Positions 1 to 10,426 of a DNA stretch of 64,000 bases are shown piece after piece; positions within the stretch are counted from its first letter, which is position 1; each line of letters begins with the position of its first letter. The DNA comes from Pocillopora damicornis. Taxonomy: Eukaryota. The stretch lies in NCBI RefSeq assembly GCF_003704095.1, contig NW_020847757.1:186001-250000 (forward strand), written 5' to 3'. Under the pieces are notes generated by a model. That model searched no databases. It was not told the DNA's origin and worked only from the letters and a program-made list of their open reading frames with translations. The position numbers and the translations under genes are program-made.

Positions 1-3000
1 GACTCAAAAGAAGTTATATCAGTTTATTTTCATCCAAAATCAATTTGTCACTTCTGCTTCAAAACGAAACATAGCTGGGTCGAGCACTCACGGAAAAAAT
101 ACTAAATGTTCTTATCAACCAAGGGGTTTGGAGGCCTTTGGCAGATTTGAAATCAATGCAAATGATTTTATATAAATCCAACAATAATAGATTTTCTTCA
201 AACGAGAAACCTATCGAATGATACTGAGATATATCAAAGGTAAAGCATTTTCAAGACCTGAAAACGCGTATAGGCAATTCAATTCCTAGAAAGAATATCA
301 ATTAACACGATTTATATTCGAGTTTGACAAGGGTGTTTCATGTTTTAACTTAAATTTCCCCATTTTCAATTTCAACGAATTGTATACCAACCATTATTTC
401 CATCGTTTTTCGAACCTGACGCCGTCAATTTGAAACCTTCTGCCATACTTCGACGACCAGATCACTAACACCCCTGGCCAGCATAAAGATTTTCAACTGA
501 GAGAAACATTTCCTCAAAAAAACAAATACACATTTGTTCTCCTCCAGAATCCACCTAAAATTCAGAGCTTGACAGAGACGCGCTTGCGCATTGTGGGCTA
601 TTTTCAGCTGTTCGCGTTCTTCCGGTTTTGAGAAGATCACCCGACGATTTTGTGTTTATGTTGCTCCAGGTGTTTTTAAATGGCTTCAAATGTTCGATAA
701 GATCACAGGAAAAGCTAAGTAACCCGCTTCAAACGTAAAGGCAAGACCTTAGAAGACATCACCGGCGAAAGAAAACAGAAACTGCAACCGCGATCAAATG
801 GCCTTTGGAAAACAATTTATTTAAAATAATTCAAACCTTTTTGCTATCGATCGGACAGGAATGCACTTAATTTGTTTTTAAATGGTTGAAACTGATCAAA
901 TATATTGATATAGTATAAACGTTTTCTCAATTCTACTTGTGAACTCTAAACAAATGAAGGACAAGCCGTCATTGAACCATCATTTTGTCTGATCCTGCTC
1001 CACTTCCATCGAGGTCGTTGATATCCAGCTCTCGAAAGCGAAATCACAACACTTACCTGCAGCGCTGGTTTCCGAACTATCTAAGACGTCAATCAGCTCC
1101 GATGAACTTCTCTTGACTACAGGTCTGTAGGATGCTTTAGAAGCCATGTTTCAGTTTAAGGAAAAGCTCGATCGCTTACATGTTGCCCGCCAAAGAAGCA
1201 ACGAAGTGAAATGTGCCCAGACCTCGCTCATATTAGGCCGGAAGATACGTTTCCGGTGTCTTCGGCTGCCAAGTATCTTAAGAGCGGAGTGATGGAGCAT
1301 GGAAAATTTGAATTACGGCCAAATTTATCTCTTCATTTCAGAATACAGCATGATTACAGTATACCAAAAGTTATATTTTTCGGTATCCAAGCAGGTTTGG
1401 TTTAGACTCCTCTATACACCTGCCGAAACAGTGTTTATCTGAAGGAAACAAGAATATAAATTTACGGAAATATAAATCACTTAATCTCACTGTTTGTCAT
1501 CTGGATCAACTTCATTTGCATTGACCTTCAATGTGCCATGGACATGGATTAGAAGGGTGCAGTGTGTGCTGGGAACTGGGTAAGAGGGAGGGGGGGTCCA
1601 AACTTTGGCTTTTCTTTTCAATCTCAAATTTCATTTTCAGTTTTCCAGTTAGAAAAACTGATAGATTGAAAAAAAATCTTTGCCACCTACATTCACCTAG
1701 AACTTGTACCAGAGCTATCTCCAAACATCTCCCACAACTGACCATCCTCACAAAAATTTCATTATTTATCATCATAGGTTTATATATATTCAAATTCACT
1801 CTGATTGTTTTAGTGCAGTGAGTGGCTGTAAAACTGAAAATAGAGTGTTAGTTTTCTGTGTTAGTCCTTTCACCCCTAAGACTGACAAGCATCTAATTTA
1901 TCCTTACAGTATAACCCCTAAATCAAACCAAAACATTCAGGTCATGAGAATTTACTTCTAAGTCAAACATTAAAGTCATGAGAACAAAGTTAATGATCAC
2001 CACCAAAAACCTCTTGATTGTTAAAAAAAGCATGTTACTATTCTTACCCTAAACTCTGTGACTTATGGTTAACATGCATATTCCTTTTAAGTACCTACAT
2101 TATGGAACACTCTCCCCAATTCTCTAAGTACTTTTTTGGTTTTGTCTTTCAAAGCTGCCATCTTTCAAAAATTTTTATTTCAGAAGTTCTTTCATAAGCT
2201 ATGAGAGTTAGTTTATATGTTTTTACTTGTTTAGTGTTAAAGTTACTTTGTGATGGAGATTGATTTCATAGGTGACATGTAAGTGCAAATTTTGAGGCTT
2301 GAAATGCGCACATAAAAACATTGTGGTTATTATCATTATTGTCAACACCACAGGAAATGTTAATGCATAGAGAACAGTAGGGAGAAAATGCACACTAATC
2401 ACATAAGGGTTCAGTCCTTGACAGTGTATAGTTTACTGCACTGTATCATAAGTATGAAAAAATCTTACTGGACATGCTTTGTAATTTAAATTAACAAACA
2501 CATTATTTTTCTAACTACAACAAAAATGCACTCACTACTATAATTTTTATTCAAAAAGAAACTTATTACAAAGACATTTTGAATGTAACTTTGATAATGG
2601 TTACTATCCATGGGACTGTGATAAAGGAATGAAACATTCAACTCCTATCTAGAACTTTGCCATGATAAACTCCAAATCTTGGAGTGTACTGCTACTTTAA
2701 CACTAGCTTGTAACTGTAACAGCATCAAAGTCTTAAACTGACAGACTGATGAGTCTTGTGTCATTAGAGCCTTGTACTAAGGTGACTGGTTGTGATATGT
2801 AACTTAAAATAATTTATTTTCACACAAATTTATGAGAGCAACTGATGTAGGACACATTCTGAATACAAGGAAATCTTATTGACGTAATTTATTAAATTTG
2901 AGTTAATATTGAAAATAAATTATGTAATCAACAGCTGTTAACAGAGCCCCAAGCTAAGTGCTATTCTGTTTCTTCTTAGCAATCTTGAGTCAAAATAGCT

Positions 3001-3707
3001 GGCAGAACAATATTTAGGTCCCCCCATGGGAGAAAAAGAAATAAAATATGTGCATGTCGGATGATGCAATACACAAAAAAACAGGTTTTTTGTTTAAAAC
3101 ACACCTTAGCTGTGTCAGAGGTTTATGTGCCACCTTAAAAAAAATGACAGAGTATTCACACTACTGTATTTAATGTCTATCTTACTTTCACATTACACTA
3201 GAATCACACAGTAATTCAGGAATTCAAATTTGAGACTTGAGCAGCAGATTTACATGCCTAAGTATTTTTCTCTTTGAAGTAGAGAGATCAAATTGGTCAC
3301 GGCTTGGAGCACTGATTAACATTGTAAGTTTGGTAACACACTGATGGAAAACCTAACTCTACATGAGGAAAAAAGGTGAAATTCCCCATGTTAAGAAAAT
3401 TTGTCACCAATTTTTTTCTGAAATCAACAACACTAGGGTAACAATTAAACCTTAATTAGCTTCCTACTTTGCAATTTTTGACATTCAGCTCAAAACTTCA
3501 TGAAACCCCTGAAGAGAATGCTAGAATTATGATTCAGCACGATATCAATCTGCATTGATCTCCTCAACGTTTACCTATACATATCTACAACACCAGGACC
3601 ACTCTAATGTATTTACACATTAACATATTTGTTTACATCATCTTTCCCACTCCAAGTTCAAATGAAATTCTATACAGAGATTACAGCAAATGGGAGATCA
3701 TCTGTCT

Positions 3708-5956
3708 TCAGTTACTGTCTGGTTTTTGGTCTAACTTGCTCTTGTGGGTTTTGATCATGTAGATAAAATAAGTAACTGTCTCCTTTTCAGGGCAGGGAAT
3801 CTGTTTGAAGTGTCTCTGGATGGTCTTAAAACAATAAAAACAAAGCTTCATGTAAGAGATGCACCATCAAATAAAATTTCATTTGAGAAGTAAATAACTT
3901 AGGATTAAGAATATAAAAAGGAAGGATAGAGATTGTTTGGCATGGGGAAGGTTTTTATGTGAATTGAAAATGGAGAATTAAAAATATTTAGGCTACACTG
4001 ATAAAGATAACATAAAAAAAGAATTTGTATAGTGCTAAGACTATAAAATATTCAAAAGCACTTAACATTAAGTTACAATTAACAGCTAAGATTAAAATTC
4101 CAACAAAGCTAGTAATAACAATAATTACAATAACAAATTTCCTTGCTAAGCTACAATCTAAAGAAATGAAAGTCTAAAAGTCAACACAAAATTAAAATTA
4201 AAGTATTTAAAGCACTAAACATTACGAGCTATTCTTATAAATTATAAGCTTCCCTTAAAAGAAATGTTTTAGGATGCTTTTTAAAAATGCCAAGGCTACT
4301 ACAGATACACTGAAGAGGCTACTAAAGATATCCTAAGGAAGGACTAAGCCTTTCATGTGGACCACTCAAAAGCACCGTGATCAATACTAAATAATCCTAA
4401 TTCCAGAGATCTCTAGAATTTTTTGATGAATCCATTTTAATAAAATGAAAACCAGAAGATATAACTAACTGAAAAACATCAAATTCTTCTTTCCCTTAAA
4501 CAATATGAAAATCTGGGACTCCTTAAAACATGGCAGCAAAAAGGAAAATGATGATATTTGTATTAACTGGATAACATTGCTAGGGTTTGCAGTATTTGGT
4601 ATTTTGACAATTTTGGTTGAGATTTTTTTTTGGTTTAAATCACTAACATGTCCATTCAGTCAAACTTACTCATTTCTTCTGAACAAATTTTGAATTTTAG
4701 GAAAACTTTTTTTATGAGCACTGAAAGTTAGAATGAACCTTTAACTCCCAAGATCTCATTAGTAATTCTCCTTAGTGTCTGTCAAATGATTCTCATTATG
4801 TTAGTTTGGATAATTTGATATTGGATCCATTAATAATCCCATAATTTATATTTTTTTAATTCTCATCACTTGTCTGCATGATATTGCATAGATATAGTAA
4901 GGAGAAATTCTGTCTTGGTCACTCATTGGAGTTAAAGGGTTAAGTCTTCTGTAAAGGACAAAGTATAGCTTCCGACCTACTCCACTCCCCCAGAGGAGTA
5001 TCGACCGACAAGAATGCATTTTCTATGGGGAGGAGGGTAGAAATCCACGTACAGCACGAGTTTTCTCTAGAATTTCGTACTTTGTAAGAAAAAGAAACAT
5101 TCTTCAAATATCCGAACTAAGCCAAATTAAAAGGGACTACTCAAAGATAAAAAGACATTAAAATTTGTTGGCTCACATCGAATTACGTTTATCGTAAAAA
5201 AAAAGGTGACTAACGACATTTGTAATGATGATACAACGAGTGTTTTGCCATCCAGGCTTCGAACCAAAAATATAAAAATCTCTTCAGTTCAACCATACAT
5301 ACCTCAACAAGCTGTGATTTGTTCAATCCTGGTCGGGTTTGTAACTTGTAATGTCGTTTATATCTTCTTAGAGTGTTCACCTGCAATTGACAGAAATCGA
5401 CCTGTGCGAGATGAAAGAGAACACGTCAAAATCTTTCCTAAGAATATCAAACACGTAACCAACAAGTTTGAGCACGAATGGTAAGGAAAACCGTCGCAAA
5501 CAGCAGGGTAAATTACTCCAGGTGCTTAAAAAGATAAACACAGAGTTGTCCTTCTTACCTCAGCTGTGTCCGCTTCATCGTCGGAATCTTTACGTTTTCT
5601 CTTGCTGCGAACGCTCTGAATCATATTTTTGTGATGCTCGCAAATATAGATGTGTCTTGCCTGAAATAAAACCGGTTTAAAATGAATTTAATTCGAATTA
5701 TCCCAGCTCTATCAAACAAAAGCTTACAGTTCAGTCAGCAACCTCGGATCTGTGAAAGGATTCAGTCGGAAAAAATTTCGCTTACGTTTACGTCCAAAGC
5801 CAACTTCAGTTTTCTCTGAGAAACTGTCTTCTGAATTCGCTTGGAGTAGCTTGCGTTGCTGGCTGGTCGCTTACAGCGGTCGTTGTCTTCGACAAGGCAG
5901 CAAATCTGCCCGACAGTAGAGCTTTGTTCTTCCTGTTCGCTTCGATAGCCGTTCAT
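3708..5956 (-). CDS. SAP30L: Sin3-HDAC complex subunit SAP30/SAP30L (4 coding exons)
   Basis: Exons 5956-5786, 5660-5559, 5401-5303 and 3824-3708 are all GT-AG and phase 0. The spliced protein has the SAP30 zinc finger ([13 protein letters not shown]...ASYSKRIQK...HIYICEHHK), an NLS (RSKRKRK) and the Sin3-binding domain ([20 protein letters not shown]...RPGLNK...HF...[16 protein letters not shown]). Confidence 0.95.
4735..4943 (+). mobile_element. TTAA-flanked piggyBac-like MITE, family A
   Basis: ~210 bp with TIRs (aa)cctttaactccca...tggagttaaagggttaa and an internal sequence shared with 22591, 30979, 34467, 39403 and 58568. Confidence 0.8.
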
Positions 5957-6825
5957 TACTGCCAATCCCCGACACACATTAGCTTACCGCCGATCTTGAA
6001 AATCGCTCCTTTCCTGTTTGTTGTACACATGCGAGTGACGTCATGTCACATGGTTGAACAATGAAGAAGATGCCAAGTCAGTTTTGCGCGCATTTTTCCA
6101 GCCGATTTTTCGATCGTCACGCAATATCAATAGTATTGTTTATCCATGGAGTAGTACATGTCAGCTCGATTATCAACCATCGCATCTTATCAAATTGTTT
6201 GTTTGACTTACATGTACTTTGTACTGGAGAATATTGCCTCACAGTCAATCAGTTTCGCTCTCGTTTTTTTGTATTTTCAAGTAGGGGTGCGGTGGGGGAA
6301 AGTTATTGGAGGTACTTACGCACGAGTATCATTTCTTATATTTAAACCTTTCTGACTGAGATCAAATTTCACCTTGCCATTTTGTTTTGCCTAGAGTGGT
6401 AGATTCTAATGAGCACTGAATACGGCCCAAATCTAAATCAAAGGCGTCTTCTAAAGGGCTTAGCAGAATTAAACTGATCACATATTCCACGTGCAAGAAG
6501 TTGTTGATCACATAATCGTCAGCTGTTGTAAATCAAATTTTATAGATAACTATAGGGATGGTTTTCCACGATCATTTCCCAACACCTGGGAAGCCTGTGG
6601 TTCCAGGCAGAGGCTACGAATTGCACACGTAGGACAGGGAACAAACAGCGGGAAAAGTAAACCAATCACTCGCGTTCTTCGGCTCGGCAGAGGTTGTCAG
6701 CTTCGGAAGGTTCGCGCTTTTCAGTTTTCGCTTACGGTCTTCCTTTAAGCTTACTATAAACTATCTATAAAACTTGTAACGCAGTGAATAGTTAACACTT
6801 CCTTCAAATCAACTTCTAGTACGAA
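5957..6825. promoter_or_regulatory. Divergent promoter region SAP30L/HMGB
   Basis: CpG-rich. Perfect CRE TGACGTCA at 6036-6043 abuts E-box GTCACATGG at 6045-6053. CCAAT at ~6662 and CGGAAG at ~6704 lie upstream of HMGB. Confidence 0.55.
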
Positions 6826-7875
6826 ATGTCGACACGCAAAGACCCAAACAAGCCCCGAGGAAAAATGAGTGCCTACAATATTTTTGTCAAGGAAGAAACC
6901 GAGGCGATGAAGAAATTACAAAGCGAAGCTACAGGCGACAGTTCTGAGACAAAAGAAGATAAAGCAGTTCGGCAAGCGTTTATACCGGCCTGTGCAGAAA
7001 AGTGGAAGAAGTTAACTGAGGAGGAGAAAAAACGTTTTGTGGAGGCCGCAGAGAAGGACAGGATGAGGTATAACAACGAAATGGCTAATTACACACCGCC
7101 GAGATACGAAGGTAGTGAAAGGAAAACTCGAAAGCAGAAGAAGATGAAGGATCCAAATCAACCCAAGAAGTGGATGTAAGTCTAAACCTAAATAAAAGTT
7201 GCTACTTTCATGTCGACTTAGTACAAGCATCCGTTCCAGCTGTTTCTCCATAAGTATGAATTTACACTATCCGGAAAACTGAATCTGGTCAAGTTTATAT
7301 AGTGATAAAGCGCTGTGCTTTATAAAGTTTATCTGAGCTACGACTTGCATGATTCCTCACATTTTAAAAAAAATTCGGATCTGTACGCCGCTGACGACTT
7401 TAGACCTTTGAGAAAATGAATGTAAGCAAAAAATTTCTTTAGTACGACTCAAATTTAACCAAAGCGCCATTTTGGATCAGTTTTCTGCAGAGTGGTTTAT
7501 TTTCTAGATAAGTTTCAGTGAAAAGGTTCACGTAATCCTGTTTCATTTCTGATTAGTTCATTATTACTCACAGTTCTCTTCTTCGAAACCCATCTTAAGC
7601 TGACGCTTAATTTATTTTGTATTCCCCCTAGGTCTTCCTTCATGTTTTTCTGCCAAGACAAACGCGCTGCGATGAGAGAAGAAAATCCAGAAATGAGAGT
7701 TAGAGCTAAAATGCTCGGTGAAATGTGGGCCAAGATGGAAGAAAAAGAGAAAGAAAAGTTTGAACAAATGGCAAGGGAAGATAGAGAGAGATACGAAGAG
7801 GAGATGAAAGCTTTTAGAAGGGGAGACTATGTAGTTCCTAGTACAAGCCAGATAGCAGTGGAAGCCGAGGAATAA
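6826..7875 (+). CDS. HMGB-family two-HMG-box protein, divergent
   Basis: Exons 6826-7175 and 7632-7875 (GTAAG...TAG, phase 2). Box A is DPNKPRGKMSAY...AEKWK...DRMRY. The linker and box B read KDPNQPKKWMSSFMFFC...LGEMW...DRERYEEEM. There is no long acidic tail. Confidence 0.9.
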
Positions 7876-8567
7876 TTTAAAAGCAGGAGAACTATTCAAT
7901 GGCGGCTGACCTATTTGTGTTACACCAGTTGTTTTGATGATACTTTAGCGATTAAGCTGGGATTAAACTACGAAAACTGAAAAATGGAAGCCTTCACTGC
8001 AAATTCATGACGGTTTTAGAACTAAAGTAATTTAGAATGTTTCTGTTCTTTCTAGACGGAAATATTAAAGGTATTACCTTTCATACTTACCGAGGCTTGC
8101 AGAATAATTGATTTTTTTTTTTAATGATGACTGCTTTGCAAGACTGATTTATAATATAATAACCCTATATATTTTAAACTAGGAACAACTTCTGTTGGGA
8201 TAAATTATCCCTTGTTTTCGAAATAAGAACACGTTTTGCATAAGTTAGTGAAATAGAAAACCTAAAATGTTCCTCCTTTCATCTACTTGCAAGTGAAGCT
8301 CACCTTTTTGGTTTTCTATTTCCTTTTGATAAAATCAGTGAACAGGACAGTTTCAATAACTAAGTAACTGTTAAGAGTAAGCTTTTTTCCCTGTGTAGAA
8401 CGCATATTAAGCGTTTCCTACAGTGATCGAACTCTTTCTTCTCGCGCGCTGTCTGCCAGAAAGAACCCCTAACAAAAAGCTAGACCATTTTTACGTCCGC
8501 AAGATTCTTGTCATGGCGCTTTAAAACCATTATTCGTCTCCTCATAAATGCCACATCATTACATGTA

Positions 8568-8813
8568 TTAATCTGGACCACAGTATGCTCCATCTACGCT
8601 CGACACAGCTGCACTACCAGATCTCACTTTGATAACACGCGTCTTTTTAGATTTCGTTCCGCAGTTGAAGAGTCGTGACAGGACTGAACGCCCTTCTCCA
8701 TTCTCGGCTTTTCCCTCACTGGCACTTTCCGAATTTTCCTTCACAGGTCTACGCACATCATCCAATTCACCAGGCTTGATAACTTTCACACGAGTTTTAG
8801 TACTGCAAGGCAT
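8568..8813 (-). CDS. Putative small orphan protein or terminal exon (81 aa)
   Basis: Open ATG-TAA frame, locally GC/CpG-richer than its flanks, with an internal repeated motif KTRVKVIK / KTRVIK. The ATG is directly preceded by TTTAG, so it could be a spliced exon. No family recognised. Confidence 0.35.
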   Translation of the reverse strand: MPCSTKTRVKVIKPGELDDVRRPVKENSESASEGKAENGEGRSVLSRLFNCGTKSKKTRVIKVRSGSAAVSSVDGAYCGPD

Positions 8814-9626
8814 CTAAATAATGAGAATTCTTCGATGTCATCGTCAAAATTCCCGACGCGCGCGCGTGTACGCACTTTCTGTCGTTACGTCAAATGCAAA
8901 ACCATCGTTTTTGTTTATGACGTATCAGTAGTATTTATGACGTAGCTAAGCATTCAGATTAGGGTGAATGGTACTGGATGGACCAAAGTTCTCAAGCTGC
9001 AGCATAGTAAGGGTAACTAAAGCATGGAGTCAGTAGAGGCCACGAACGGTTGTGACAGCTGATCTCTGGAAGAGTGGTTGTCGTATCAAATGCTATTGCT
9101 TCGCGGTGAGCGCCCTGCACATTAGCAGTTACAGTAAACTCCAGTTACCTGCCGAAAACCTTAAAGACCGACGACAGGAGTCCTCCTGAGAGAGGTTTGA
9201 CTGATAAATCAAGTGTACATTCATTTGTTTTATTGTCTACAGTTCCATTGTCAGTTTTAGGGTACGAGATTTGAAACTGGTGATATAACAGTTGATTGTG
9301 TAGTCTGATCGCTCAGGTGAGGAGTCCTCAGAAGGACCGTTGTCGGTAGAAGTGACTAAAAACGTTTCGACAACCTGTGTAGGAGTCACTCTAAGACTGA
9401 GTCAAGTGAGAAGTTTTTTCTCAGTCAGGTGTTATAAGTTTGGCTTGTCGTAAGCAGATCGGTCGATGTTCTCGTGATGTTAATGATCGTGAGACTCATA
9501 TCAAAAATCGCTCGTCAAGGGTCCCTCTAATTTAACACACTCAACAGACTTGAAACACCACAGGCGCCTCAACCTTAATGGGAGAGTAGGTTTAAGTTTT
9601 ACAATGCATTGCGCAAAACTATACAA

Positions 9627-9868
9627 GGATTCAAGTGAATAAAGGAGGTAAGTTTGTAAAGAAACTGTGGTGCTGCGTCGGTGAGAGAGTATAACAGGGT
9701 AATTTAGTATTATCAACTGAGTTGATAACGTAAATTGGCCACCGTAAAGAGTTTAAAAGCAGACGTTTCCAGGCTAACACTCGAAATTTCAGCTTTTAAA
9801 CTCTTTTCGGTGGCCACTTCTCTTTATCAACTCAGTTGATAATACTAAATTACCATGGATTCAAGTGA
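9627..9868. mobile_element. Penelope-like fragment with inverted arm and 12-bp flanking direct repeat
   Basis: GGATTCAAGTGA occurs at 9627-9638 and 9857-9868. An internal inverted repeat spans ~9698-9854. The body is homologous to 47056-47215, 24525-24612 and 40197-40282. The Penelope assignment is inference from the CTGACGAAGGGCTAAC..CTCGAAA motif. Confidence 0.65.
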
Positions 9869-10426
9869 GCTTGGGGCGCCTCGCCTATGATAACACCGGT
9901 GTTAAAAAATCCTTTTCAAACAAAGAGCTCAAGTCTAATATCTGAATTTAAAGGTCTGATACATGTATCAAATTGAATATAAACATTTAACTGTAAATAA
10001 CGCCTTCCACATGTCTCAGACTCCCAACAAAAACAAGCGACACATTCGACATAATCGAAGGCTAAAAACCAAAACTCAATTGAAGAACGAGTGTTCACTT
10101 CAACCCAAATTCAAGTGCCCGCGTTAACTTCATATTTAAGTTCAAGGTTTCTGGAGATTGGCTGAAATAATAAGAACATTACAATTACGTCTTACTCCAA
10201 TTCGAAGACAGGTTGTACTTTACTATACGGTGTTATCACTTTTCTCTTAATGAAGAAGTGGTCATATGCACATTCTACCCCCCCCACCACGCCCTTCCGC
10301 TAAATGTCAACAGGAGTCCATTCGAAGATTATATCAAGGAGGCGGCTTATATGGACTATGTGTGATTTTTAATTGCTTAGAAAAAGACTAATAGCTATTT
10401 ACAAATACTGATTATAAATAAAATCA

